Shown here in pieces: positions 30,347 to 40,071 of a stretch of 64,000 nt of DNA. The position numbers and the translations under genes were made by a program. The DNA lies in contig JAHLWR010000001.1 in the NCBI GenBank assembly GCA_019057815.1, positions 96,001 to 160,000 on the forward strand. The letters are read 5' to 3'. Positions within the stretch are counted from its first letter, which is position 1. Every line of letters begins with the position of its first letter. The notes beneath the pieces are model-generated. The model had not been told where the DNA came from. It saw only the letters and a list, made by a program, of their open reading frames with translations, and did no database searches. This stretch comes from Candidatus Heimdallarchaeota archaeon. Its GTDB lineage: Archaea; Asgardarchaeota; Heimdallarchaeia; Heimdallarchaeales; Heimdallarchaeaceae.

Positions 30347-31210
30347 TTAAAATGATAAATTATCTTCTTTTTCTCTTTCTTCTCTTTCTTCTCTTTCTCT
30401 TTCTTCTTTCTTTTGCAGATATTCGTTTGGATTTTCCCAGACAGGTATTTTTCCTTTATTTATATGCTCGTTTAAGAATATAGTAGCTGCAGTATCTAGG
30501 TCTAATTCTCCGCCTTTCTTTCTTTTATTCCTTTTTTCAGCAAATTTTTCTATAAACTCTACAGGTGTTTCATAATTAATACCATAGATTTCTTTTATAA
30601 CATTAGGTTTAATCGTATCTATCCGATTAACTAATGCCCATGAAGCTCTTAAAGTATCTGGGAGTTGTTCAGGTCTAATAGTTCCTAGTAGTAGTTTATC
30701 TGTAAGTGAAAGATTTGAAGGGAGGACTCCAGGGGTATCGAATATACGTAGACGAGTTGTAATTCTCAGTACTTGTATTGCTTTTGTGAACCCTGGTATT
30801 GGGGCCACAGGTGCACTAGAACGTCCTTTTAATATATTTATCAATGAACTCTTTCCAGTGTTAGGTAATCCAATAAAACATGATGTAATAAAGAAAATCT
30901 CCCCTTTAACTGATCGGATTATCGCTTTTTTTAGTACATTAGTACTAAGTCTTTCTCTTGCAGAAGTTGCAATAACGGATATTCCTTCGTCCATAAAGAT
31001 TTTTTTCCACTGGTTTACCACCTGTCTTGGCACTAAATCTACTTTATTCATTGCAATGAGTAAAGTTTTACCTCTTACTCTTTTCACCATGTTTTCATAT
31101 TTCTTTGCACGAGAAAGGCTAGGAAAACGACCGTCGATTACTTCGACTACTACATCACTTCCCCTAATCATCTTTCGTACCATTGCTGGATAGTCTCTCT
31201 TTTTACCCAT
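30347..31210 (-). CDS. Circularly permuted ribosome-biogenesis GTPase (RbgA/YlqF/Nug family); start probably ATG 31210
   Basis: G4 NKVD precedes G1 GLPNTGKSS, G2 PGFT, G3 DTPG. Confidence 0.92.
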   Translation of the reverse strand: MGKKRDYPAMVRKMIRGSDVVVEVIDGRFPSLSRAKKYENMVKRVRGKTLLIAMNKVDLVPRQVVNQWKKIFMDEGISVIATSARERLSTNVLKKAIIRSVKGEIFFITSCFIGLPNTGKSSLINILKGRSSAPVAPIPGFTKAIQVLRITTRLRIFDTPGVLPSNLSLTDKLLLGTIRPEQLPDTLRASWALVNRIDTIKPNVIKEIYGINYETPVEFIEKFAEKRNKRKKGGELDLDTAATIFLNEHINKGKIPVWENPNEYLQKKEEREREEREEREKEDNLSF

Positions 31211-31232
31211 TAGTTTCACTGTCTTTTTGAAC

Positions 31233-31418
31233 CTAAATTTCTCGTGGAGGACCAACATCTGGGTGACCGGGTCTAAAAGGGTCCTTAGGAGGTATGTCGG
31301 GTTTAAAAGGTGGAAAACCATGATCTCTGACGTGGGTTTCAATCAATCTACGTAATCTTTCCACCTCACGCTCAAGTTTTTCTACTCTCTCTTCAAGAAT
31401 TATAGATTTTCGTTCCAT
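31233..31418 (-). CDS. 61-aa coiled-coil + proline-rich protein
   Basis: MERKSIILEERVEKLEREVERLRRLIE heptads then FPPFKPDIPPKDPFRPGHPDVGPP; fills the gap between the GTPase and tatD. Confidence 0.65.
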   Translation of the reverse strand: MERKSIILEERVEKLEREVERLRRLIETHVRDHGFPPFKPDIPPKDPFRPGHPDVGPPREI

Positions 31419-31469
31419 GATTTCTCTGATACAAACAAAAAATATAAACGATGTGTTTCTTGTTAAAAT

Positions 31470-32243
31470 ATGAAATTTCATGATGCCCATTGTCATATTC
31501 CTGTTAACTACTTTTACAATAGAATTGACCAACACATGAAAATGTGGCTTGAAATGGGATTAGAATATGTTATTGGAGTATCAACAAAATACAATGAATC
31601 ATTGAAAATTTTAGAAGTTAGTAAGAAATATGAACAAATTATACCCGGTATTGGCATTCACCCTTGGAAAGCAAAATCACCATTGAAAGAAGAGACAAAA
31701 AAATCTTTTTCCGACATTCTAGAAAACAATTCCCTGATTGTCATAGGAGAAATTGGTTTAGATCATCATTTCATCAAGAAAACAGAATTATATCCATTCC
31801 AAGAAGATTACTTGAAGTTTTTTTTGAGCTTAGCCGAAAAACATTCAGTTCCAGTTAATATTCACACTAAGGGTGCAGAAAAGGAGTGTTCAGATATCTT
31901 ATCATCTTACAAGATTCATAGTAGTAAGATCCTTATTCATTGGTATAGTGGTCCAAAAACCGTTTTGAGAATATTTCGGGATAGAGGATATTATTTCAGT
32001 GTTAATCCTTCAATACTTGGCGGAAGTACCCACATTAAAGTAGTTGAAGAGAATGACATATCGCAACTTTTGACAGAGAGTGATGGCAATGTTAAGTACA
32101 ATATAAATAATGAACGTGTTGTAGGATCACCAAAACTTGTTCCACAAATAATAGAAAAAATAGCATCTCTAAAATCGGAAACTATAGATACTTTAAGTAC
32201 TGTTATACATGCAAACCTTCTTAGATATCTGAATCTTCCGTAA
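31470..32243 (+). CDS. tatD: TatD family nuclease
   Basis: DAHCH, GIHPW, IGEIGLD, IHT, IHWY, TESD. Confidence 0.93.
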   Translation: MKFHDAHCHIPVNYFYNRIDQHMKMWLEMGLEYVIGVSTKYNESLKILEVSKKYEQIIPGIGIHPWKAKSPLKEETKKSFSDILENNSLIVIGEIGLDHHFIKKTELYPFQEDYLKFFLSLAEKHSVPVNIHTKGAEKECSDILSSYKIHSSKILIHWYSGPKTVLRIFRDRGYYFSVNPSILGGSTHIKVVEENDISQLLTESDGNVKYNINNERVVGSPKLVPQIIEKIASLKSETIDTLSTVIHANLLRYLNLP

Positions 32244-32300
32244 AATAATAAAAAGATATCAAACGAAAATAAGAAAAAGACCTACTAAGATACATAGTTC

Positions 32301-33332
32301 ATGCCTTCTATGAGTCTCAGTAGTGTTCTTAATCAGAAAAAACATTACAAAGATACTATTAAATCTCTACTTTCTGATTCTAGACCTAAAGTTGCTTTCC
32401 ACTTTAATTGTTGTGATGGCATGGTTTCTGCAGCTATTGTTTACAAGCTTTTCGAAAAAACGGATTTGCTTTTTTTACCTATAGACTATCCTATTATTAG
32501 AGACAAAGATATAGCACTAGATTTATCTCAATCAAACTGGCATACAATTGTAGATCTTGAACCTTTTAATACTGAAGAATTAGAACTTTTTGCAGATCAC
32601 CACATTTCTAATCAAAATAAGGAAATAAAAGCAAAAACCAGTTATTTCACTGCTGGTGCCCCTAGTACAGCTTTTCTTCTTTCCCAAGCCTTCCACTCTC
32701 AACTTCCTGAACACTTACTTGAACTTGCTAAGATGACAGAAATCACTGATACAGCTAGTTACAAAATTCCACCCCCTACAGTTTTTTCAGAAAATCAAGA
32801 AAAATACACATGGGATGAAAGGATTTGGCTACTTGAAGATGCTTGCAAAACTACTTTCACAGTTAAAAATCATCAAAAACTTGTAAAAATCCTAGCTGAT
32901 GAGGGTTGGGAAGGATTATGGAAGAAGGACATTTTAAAACGTATTAAGAATCTCCGTTATGGAAAATCCCAAGCAATGGACATTGCTAACCAAATCGAAA
33001 TAACCAATTTTCCAATCATTATTGATAAACCCGTTCACCATAATTTGACATTTATTGCTTATGAAATAATGCGTCAAGGTTCAATCGGTACAGCTTACTT
33101 GACTGTTTATCCCTCTGTAACTCGAATCAGTTTAAGATTAAGTAAATCTCTTTCAGATGAAGAAATTGAAAAATACAGAGTGGACCTCTTGGCTAAAAAA
33201 ATGTCTGGTGGAGGACACAAACCTGCTTCAGGAGCCCAGACTGAGAACCTTGAGATAGCTCTTGAGACTATTCAAAAATGGGTAAAAAAAGTGGGATTGA
33301 GTTTCTCTATTGCCGATTTAAGAGATTTTTAA
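32301..33332 (+). CDS. DHH/DHHA1 phosphoesterase family protein
   Basis: CDG, IVDL, ADHH, ISLR, GGGHKPASG. Confidence 0.8.
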   Translation: MPSMSLSSVLNQKKHYKDTIKSLLSDSRPKVAFHFNCCDGMVSAAIVYKLFEKTDLLFLPIDYPIIRDKDIALDLSQSNWHTIVDLEPFNTEELELFADHHISNQNKEIKAKTSYFTAGAPSTAFLLSQAFHSQLPEHLLELAKMTEITDTASYKIPPPTVFSENQEKYTWDERIWLLEDACKTTFTVKNHQKLVKILADEGWEGLWKKDILKRIKNLRYGKSQAMDIANQIEITNFPIIIDKPVHHNLTFIAYEIMRQGSIGTAYLTVYPSVTRISLRLSKSLSDEEIEKYRVDLLAKKMSGGGHKPASGAQTENLEIALETIQKWVKKVGLSFSIADLRDF

Positions 33333-33358
33333 GGAAAAGAAAAAGAAGTTTTGAACCC

Positions 33359-36358
33359 TTATCCTTTAACATTTCCTATAGGTCTTAATCTAGCAACAGG
33401 GTGACTAATTGAGGATTTCTTCAGTGCATCTACTACAGAATCTATGTTTTTGTAAGCAAAACCTGCCTCTTCAGCTAGTCCAGGCATAGAAGCACCTTTA
33501 ACATAAATCCCTTTTTCTCTCATTTTACGTTGAAGAAAATCACCTCTAATTTGTCTTCTTGCTCTACTTCTGCTCATTGTTCTCCCAGCACCATGAGCTG
33601 TTGAACCGAAAGAAACTTCCATTGCTTTCTTAGTTCCTGTTAACAAATATGATTCTGTTTCCATTGACCCACCAATTATTACTGGTTGCCCAATTATTTG
33701 ATATTCTGAGGGTATTTCGGGATGTCCTGGACCAAATCCTCTTGTCGCTCCTTTCCTATGCACAAGTAATTTCCGTTTTTCTCCATCTACTATATGGTCC
33801 TCAATTTTCGCTATATTATGTGCCACATCATAAATCAAATCTAATCCTAATTCGTCTTGATCCATATTGAAAACTTCTTCAAACACTTTTCTTACATGAT
33901 GAGTTATCACTTGTCTATTTGCGAATGCCATATTTGAAGCCGCGCTCATTGCTGCAAAATAATCTTGTCCTTCCTTTGAATCTATTGGCACACTAGCTAA
34001 CTCTTGATCTAATATAGGTAGGTTATACTTTTTCATTGCTATTAAACAGGTTCTCAAATAATCAGTAGCCACTTGATGTCCTAATCCTCGTGATCCACAG
34101 TGAATCATCAATGTCACTTGGTTAGGTTTGTTTAATCCAAGAGTCTCTCCTATCTCTTTGTCAAGCAAGTCTCCGGGTTTCATCACTTGTACTTCACAAT
34201 AATGGTTACCAGAACCTAAAGTGCCAAGTTGATTAATACCTCTATTCTTGGCTTTATCACTGACTTTAGAAGAATCAGCATAAGGCATATTACCTTGACT
34301 CTCAATATGACGAACATCGTCTTCACGAGCATAACCATTCTCTAAACACCATTGGGCACCGGTGTCAAGAACAGAATTAAAAGAAGAGCGAGATAGAGAA
34401 GCCATCTTGGGATCATGTTTGAGCTTGACACCAACACCAGCAGGAACACGACGGAAAAGAAGATCAATAAGTTCGCGAATACGAGGACGAACATCCTTCT
34501 CCTCGAGAGTAGTAGTAAGCATACGGACACCACAATTGGAAACAACCATTGAATTTGCTATAAAGTTGTGAGAATCGTGTTCTACGGTGAAATCATAAAC
34601 ATTTCCTTCAAAGTTTTCTACTTTTTCGATTTTCTTTATTTCATCCCAAACCATACCACTATTCTTAGTAGTTAATAACTGTGATGCGATATAAGAATCA
34701 AAATGAGGAAATTGCTGTGAGGGGCGTGGGTTAGTTGTTAAGCCTTCATAAAGCACTCTTTCTACAAATCTTCTATTAACACCATGGCTTCTTGAGATTT
34801 CTTCAGCAATTTGTACAATTCCCATTCCCTCTTCAGAAAATGCCTGAATTTTCTCTTTTGCTTCTGATCTCTTCTTTATCTCATTTTCTTTATGTTTAAG
34901 GTACACAATGGCACCATTAGCTAACCACCTTTTTTTTCTATTATACTCGAAATTTATCTTTGAGTAGAAAGTAATTAAGTTCTCAGAGTTAGATTTTATA
35001 TGAATTCGGATTCTAAAACTCTCATCCCCTTGATTGTCTGTATAATTGTGCTTTTCTTCTGATATACTGTATTTGACACCAAACTCTTCTAGTATTTTTC
35101 CATATTGTTTTAGAAAGTCTAATCCTGATGCAATATAATTTGATCTTTTATTCATACCAACCGTTGGCATATAGAAGGTATAACCGAGATCAGTAGCAGT
35201 GGATGGAGTTGACATCTCAGCACCTTGAAAAGCCGCTATAAACAATCTTTTCATCCAGAGAGGAAGATCAAAGATCCAAGAAGGTAATTCCCAATCCTGT
35301 TTTGATTTGTTGCCAATGGGAATACCTAAAGCATGCAACAAAGTAAGGAAAGATCTAGCTGATACTTTTGCACTATGCTCAGTTGAATGAATAATCTTAT
35401 CTCCATATTTAGAACTAAAATTTATATCCCTATGACGAGTATATGTTCTAGAACAAGTCCATCCTAACCCTATGACATCCGCTCTTATATCTTCAAGATC
35501 CTCAGGTTGCCCATAAAACCAAACATAACCTTTCAATGTATTCTTTCCCTTCTCAGGAGATACAATTAATGAGCCATCGCCTAGAACAAAACCAAGTATT
35601 TTAAGCAGAAGTGGTAGTTTTGGTGAATCCATTTTTAAAGGAAGTAAATTTCTTTTTTTAAGTTCTTGAATTACTGTTGGGGTGTCAAAATCGAGTTCAA
35701 GTTTTTCAATATCCCTTTCTTCCAAGATTACACAGTCTGAAGGTTTCTCATAGGGAATTCCCTCAAAAGGATAAATGGCTATTTCATCATTGATGATAAG
35801 ATCCTTAAGTAGAATCATCCCTTCTTTAGTCCAAAAAGGATGATCTTCAGTTGCTTTTATTTCATAACCTGCTTTTGTTTGAATTTTATAAACTGAACTA
35901 GGTTTTACTTCTATGAATCGACTTATTAGAGAGCTTTCATATATTGAAGAATCAAAATCAATAACAACTAGATTTTCGTTTTTCCATTTATCCTTGAAAT
36001 CCTTTATAGCTAATGAATAACCAAGACTTGACAGAATTTTTGTATCTCCAGTAAGACAATTTATATCAAAACCCACGCCTCCAGGGCTTATTACTCCTTC
36101 TTCCATATCCATCGCAGCTATAGCACCAATTGGAAAACCATATCCAGCATGTGTATCTGGCAGTGCCAATGCATGTTTCACCACTCCTGGTAGTGTTGCT
36201 ACATTTGTTATCTGATCTACCACCCTCATTTCCAACCCTTTTTTCAGTTCTGGTGTTAATATGAATCTAGCTGGTACTTTCATTCCTTTTTTGTATGAAG
36301 TTGGTATTTCCCACGTTACATCATCAATTTTTTTCATTGGTACATTATCAATTGACAT
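33359..36358 (-). CDS. rtcB: RNA-splicing ligase RtcB containing an intein
   Basis: LPDTHAGYGFPIG, GFDIN|CGVR, GTLGSGNHY, HCGSRG, HNIAK, HRKGATR, STAHGAGR. Confidence 0.97.
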   Translation of the reverse strand: MSIDNVPMKKIDDVTWEIPTSYKKGMKVPARFILTPELKKGLEMRVVDQITNVATLPGVVKHALALPDTHAGYGFPIGAIAAMDMEEGVISPGGVGFDINCLTGDTKILSSLGYSLAIKDFKDKWKNENLVVIDFDSSIYESSLISRFIEVKPSSVYKIQTKAGYEIKATEDHPFWTKEGMILLKDLIINDEIAIYPFEGIPYEKPSDCVILEERDIEKLELDFDTPTVIQELKKRNLLPLKMDSPKLPLLLKILGFVLGDGSLIVSPEKGKNTLKGYVWFYGQPEDLEDIRADVIGLGWTCSRTYTRHRDINFSSKYGDKIIHSTEHSAKVSARSFLTLLHALGIPIGNKSKQDWELPSWIFDLPLWMKRLFIAAFQGAEMSTPSTATDLGYTFYMPTVGMNKRSNYIASGLDFLKQYGKILEEFGVKYSISEEKHNYTDNQGDESFRIRIHIKSNSENLITFYSKINFEYNRKKRWLANGAIVYLKHKENEIKKRSEAKEKIQAFSEEGMGIVQIAEEISRSHGVNRRFVERVLYEGLTTNPRPSQQFPHFDSYIASQLLTTKNSGMVWDEIKKIEKVENFEGNVYDFTVEHDSHNFIANSMVVSNCGVRMLTTTLEEKDVRPRIRELIDLLFRRVPAGVGVKLKHDPKMASLSRSSFNSVLDTGAQWCLENGYAREDDVRHIESQGNMPYADSSKVSDKAKNRGINQLGTLGSGNHYCEVQVMKPGDLLDKEIGETLGLNKPNQVTLMIHCGSRGLGHQVATDYLRTCLIAMKKYNLPILDQELASVPIDSKEGQDYFAAMSAASNMAFANRQVITHHVRKVFEEVFNMDQDELGLDLIYDVAHNIAKIEDHIVDGEKRKLLVHRKGATRGFGPGHPEIPSEYQIIGQPVIIGGSMETESYLLTGTKKAMEVSFGSTAHGAGRTMSRSRARRQIRGDFLQRKMREKGIYVKGASMPGLAEEAGFAYKNIDSVVDALKKSSISHPVARLRPIGNVKG
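34535..36058 (-). mobile_element. 508-aa intein with LAGLIDADG homing endonuclease in RtcB
   Basis: CLTGDTKI start, block B TEDHPF, LGFVLGDG and FIAAFQGAE, block F VYDFTV, ends VVSN followed by extein Cys. Confidence 0.95.
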
Positions 36359-36806
36359 AATTCTCAATAGGTGGTTAACAATTATAATAATAAACGTCTT
36401 GATTAGTCAGAAAAAAACATCTCACCTAATATTAGGAATGAATCAAATGATAGCCGAGAAAATCAATAAACGAATTAACAGAGACTTGATATAAGCTTTA
36501 CTCATGAAAAACCCGTTCTACAAGTCAATAAAAGGTTTTTCTTTCTAAGGGCTCCATTTAGTTCTGTAGCTTAGCTACAAATAATGAAAATTCTAACATG
36601 TAGTCTTCTTAATGTAAAAAGAAGTTCCTTTTTCAAATTACTCACATATGATATGTAAAACCAGATGCTGACGTAATTTCGTCCAAAAACAATCTTTAAA
36701 AAGCTATCATTAGATAGTTTGTAATAGTATAGTAGTATATCAATTAAAAGTAGTATTCTATTTTTAGAGGATTGAACCTGTATTTCAAAAAGTATGGTGA
36801 TAATAT

Positions 36807-36959
36807 ATGGGATATAATGATAGACCCCCTAGAGAAATGCATAAAGTAACTTGTGCAGAATGTGGAATGGAAACAGAAGTACCTTTCAAACCTGACGGTG
36901 AACGTCCAGTTTATTGCAGAGATTGCTATAGAAAGAGAAGACCTCCAAGAAGATATTAA
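36807..36959 (+). CDS. CxxC-x17-CxxC zinc-ribbon small protein, copy 1 (50 aa)
   Basis: MGYNDRPPREMHKVTCAECGMETEVPFKPDGERPVYCRDCYRKRRPPRRY; GGTGA SD upstream. Confidence 0.92.
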   Translation: MGYNDRPPREMHKVTCAECGMETEVPFKPDGERPVYCRDCYRKRRPPRRY

Positions 36960-36963
36960 ACAA

Positions 36964-37015
36964 AAAAGTAAGTAAATAATAAAGAATTTTTTATCCTTAC
37001 TTTTATTTTTTATTT
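36964..37015 (+). terminator. Stem-loop plus T-tract after the zinc-ribbon gene (also at 38944-38995)
   Basis: aaaagtaag...cttactttt followed by T runs. Confidence 0.55.
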
Positions 37016-37072
37016 CAAAAAAGATTTTTATATTTTTTTAGCAATGTTCAAAAGACCTATAGGTTTTTCATT

Positions 37073-38014
37073 ATGGGGTACGAAGAAACAAATCCAGTTG
37101 ATATAAAAATATCCAAAGTACAAAAACTAATTCAAGGGTTTTTCCCGAATATTAGAAATGAAGAAATCATTTTCTTTTATCATGGTACATATAACACATT
37201 TATAGTTAAGGACACTTTTATTTTCCGTTTCCCAGATAAGAGCTTGTATAATGACAAGGGATACAGGTTAATACTTAGAGAAGTAAAAGTTCTAGATACG
37301 ATCAGGAACCTCCTTTCTTTCCAAATCCCTAAACCTCTTTACGTTTCTTCTGACCCGAATAATCCTTTTGTAGGCTACAAGAAAATCCCAGGAGTTTCGC
37401 TTTCAAGATGCCTAAACAACGCATCATACACTAAAAAGAAGAACGTTGCTAATGAAATAGGTAAATTTCTTTCAGAATATCATTCAAGAGCCGTTTATGA
37501 AGTTTTTAAACAGAGTTTTTATCCCGAGCAAGAACTTTCGTCTGGACACCATAAGAAAAAATGGTTGGATTACAGAGAAAAGATGGAACGAATTGTCTTC
37601 CCTCTCGTAGGAAAAAAAAATATATTATGGTTATCCAATCTTTTTGATAATGTTTTGGAAAATAAAGAGAATTTCACTTATTCGTTAACAGCTACTCATG
37701 GTGATTTTGATACATCTAACATTCTAGTAAATCCTGAAAGCTTTCAAGTAATAGGTATAATCGATTTTGAGGATGCAAGCATTGCTGATCCAGCTTATGA
37801 TTTGTGTTTTATTAAGGAAGGAAAAGTTTTTTCTGACGCTATTTTTGAAAGCTATACGGGTATTATTGATTCAACAATGAAAGACAGAATAAAGTTCTAT
37901 TATTGTCGGGCTGGAACCATATATATAATCACAGGTGTTGAATGGAACAATCCACGAATGGTTGAGTATGGAAAAAAACTTCAAGAGAAAAGAATGAAAG
38001 AGTTTCCAGCCTGA
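37073..38014 (+). CDS. Aminoglycoside phosphotransferase (APH)-family kinase
   Basis: FIFRFP, IPKPLY, HGDFDTSNIL (Brenner motif), GIIDFEDA, DPAYDL. Confidence 0.88.
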   Translation: MGYEETNPVDIKISKVQKLIQGFFPNIRNEEIIFFYHGTYNTFIVKDTFIFRFPDKSLYNDKGYRLILREVKVLDTIRNLLSFQIPKPLYVSSDPNNPFVGYKKIPGVSLSRCLNNASYTKKKNVANEIGKFLSEYHSRAVYEVFKQSFYPEQELSSGHHKKKWLDYREKMERIVFPLVGKKNILWLSNLFDNVLENKENFTYSLTATHGDFDTSNILVNPESFQVIGIIDFEDASIADPAYDLCFIKEGKVFSDAIFESYTGIIDSTMKDRIKFYYCRAGTIYIITGVEWNNPRMVEYGKKLQEKRMKEFPA

Positions 38015-38111
38015 TATCGATTTAGTATTATTTTATCTGAATATGTTTTTATACCAAATCTACATGAGATATTTCAAAAAACTTTGAATTAGACCTTAAG
38101 AGGTAATTTCA

Positions 38112-38534
38112 ATGACAACAACACAAGAAAAAACAAAATTTGATTTTCCAAAAATGGTTGTAGTATTCACAACCTTTGTTGGAGCAGGAATAGGGGCTAT
38201 TGCTATTTGGTTATTAACAACTGTTTTCATTGGTGGGGAGTTTCCCTTTGTTTCAAACGATTATTCTGCTTTCATTGCACTCACTATTATCGGATTTACT
38301 ATGTGTTCCATAACATTCCCAATTCGCGCAACTATGCAAAATGGTTTCAAATGGTTAAGTTTTTTCACTATTAGTTCTATTGTACTTGGGGTTTCAATTT
38401 CAGTTTTTGCCGGACTTATAATCGCTAAAATTCAGATTCCCTTAATTACAGAGCGTATAGCTATAATCATCTTATCAGTGCTTGTTTTAGTGAAATTTAT
38501 TATCTCTACAACACATTTATTCATCAAAATTTAG
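38112..38534 (+). CDS. Hypothetical 4-TM membrane protein
   Basis: Four hydrophobic segments; GAGGT SD upstream. Confidence 0.75.
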   Translation: MTTTQEKTKFDFPKMVVVFTTFVGAGIGAIAIWLLTTVFIGGEFPFVSNDYSAFIALTIIGFTMCSITFPIRATMQNGFKWLSFFTISSIVLGVSISVFAGLIIAKIQIPLITERIAIIILSVLVLVKFIISTTHLFIKI

Positions 38535-38786
38535 CATCATAAAAATAATACAAGTAGTTTTCAGAGAATTAGAATCACCAAAAGTATCTATCTTTGATAG
38601 AGAAAATCCTACTTAAAAGAACGTAGAATTATTTTTTAAGCACTAGTTGCGTTATGTGGAAAAATAACTTGTACAAGAAGACTATTTTTATATATAGCTA
38701 TAGGGGAAGATGGATATAGAAATTAAGAGTCTATTTCAAAATTAGACAATTAAAATCTATATTATCAAAAATATGGTGAATAGTAA

Positions 38787-38939
38787 ATGGGATATAATGA
38801 TAGACCCCCTAGAGAAATGCATAAAGTAACATGCGCAGAATGTGGAATAGAAACAGAAGTACCTTTCAAACCTGACGGTGAACGTCCAGTTTATTGCAGA
38901 GATTGTTATCAAAAGAGAAGACCTCCAAGAAGATATTAA
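38787..38939 (+). CDS. CxxC-x17-CxxC zinc-ribbon small protein, copy 2 (50 aa)
   Basis: As copy 1 with M21I and R42Q. Confidence 0.92.
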   Translation: MGYNDRPPREMHKVTCAECGIETEVPFKPDGERPVYCRDCYQKRRPPRRY

Positions 38940-38995
38940 ACAAAAAAGTAAGTAAATAATAAAGAGTTTTTTATTCTTACTTTTATTTTTTATTT
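38787..38995 (+). repeat. Direct repeat copy 2
   Basis: See 36807-37015. Confidence 0.95.
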
Positions 38996-39061
38996 TTACT
39001 TTTATTTTTTATTTATTTAACCACAACAGATTAATTTTTATTTGTTTCACTCAATCTTCAA

Positions 39062-39499
39062 GTGTTTAGAATGTTCAAGTATAAACATCTTGAGGAAGAA
39101 TCTAAAGGTGATTTTGCTTTCGAGGTTTATGCCGACACTCTTGAAGAGCTCTTTAAAGGCGCTGGTTTTGCTTGTATGAGTGCTATGGTTAAAATAGATG
39201 CTCTAACAACGAATATAAAATTTGATTTTTCTTCTAAAGCTCCTGAACTTCCGTTGTTGCTTTACGATTTTCTTTCAGAACTTGTTTATTTGAAAGATGT
39301 TGAATCTGTCTTGTTCAAAGATTTTGAAATTAAAATATCTAAAAATATTGATTTCAATCTTCAATGTGTTGCAAAAGGTCGACTAATTAATTGGGACACT
39401 GATGAGTTGTATACCGATGTAAAAGCAGTAACGATGCATACAATGGTAGTTGAACAACGGGAAAACCAGTGGTATTGTCACGTTTTATTAGATTTGTAA
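39062..39499 (+). CDS. Archease (RtcB activator)
   Basis: D...EVYADTLEELF, LLYDFLSELVY, DVKAVTMH, C-terminal LDL. Confidence 0.92.
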   Translation: MFRMFKYKHLEEESKGDFAFEVYADTLEELFKGAGFACMSAMVKIDALTTNIKFDFSSKAPELPLLLYDFLSELVYLKDVESVLFKDFEIKISKNIDFNLQCVAKGRLINWDTDELYTDVKAVTMHTMVVEQRENQWYCHVLLDL

Positions 39500-39637
39500 G
39501 ATTGTTGTAATCACTTTGTTAACTTTGAACATTGCTGTTGATAGAGATACTTGAAAGTTTCTGAACAAAAACTTTTAAACACCACATAAATAGATACAAT
39601 CGCAATATAATAGGTTAAAATAAATGAGGTTTATACA

Positions 39638-40057
39638 ATGTCTGATGATATAAATATTGTAGATAAATATATTATAAAAACGGATAGGCTTTATACAACA
39701 ACCCACGAGTGGGTTAAGAAAGAAGGCGATGTTTGGCTTTACGGCATTACAGGATACGCTAGTGTCGAAATGGGAGAACTTGCATTTGTAGAGTTTCCAG
39801 AAGTTGGAGACAAGTTCCCTAAAGGGGAACCAACCCTTACTATCGAAGCCTTAAAAACAGTAGAAGACTCATATGCTCCATTTGACTGTGAAGTTGTCGA
39901 AGTAAATGAGCCATTAGAAGATGATGCTAATATTATACATGAAGACCCCTATGAAGAGGGATGGCTTCTAAAATTAGTACCCACAGGATCTGAAGAAGGC
40001 TTAATTTCTCCGGAAGAATATGCAGATATAGTCAAAAAAGAGATAGAAGTTCAATAA
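39638..40057 (+). CDS. gcvH: Glycine cleavage system H protein
   Basis: YTTTHEWV, GITGYA, lipoyl-Lys EALKT, DPYEEGWL. Confidence 0.95.
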   Translation: MSDDINIVDKYIIKTDRLYTTTHEWVKKEGDVWLYGITGYASVEMGELAFVEFPEVGDKFPKGEPTLTIEALKTVEDSYAPFDCEVVEVNEPLEDDANIIHEDPYEEGWLLKLVPTGSEEGLISPEEYADIVKKEIEVQ

Positions 40058-40071
40058 AAGGGTGATTTTCA

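Larger units (their letters stand above)
36807..37015 (+). repeat. Direct repeat copy 1 (~209 bp)
   Basis: Matches 38787-38995 with 8 mismatches by manual comparison; offset 1980 bp. Confidence 0.95.

Noticed and set aside
30365-30412. TC-rich simple repeat
   Set aside because: Encodes the EERERE tail of the GTPase
36807-38995. IS element / composite transposon
   Set aside because: The repeats encode a zinc-ribbon protein; no transposase or terminal inverted repeats
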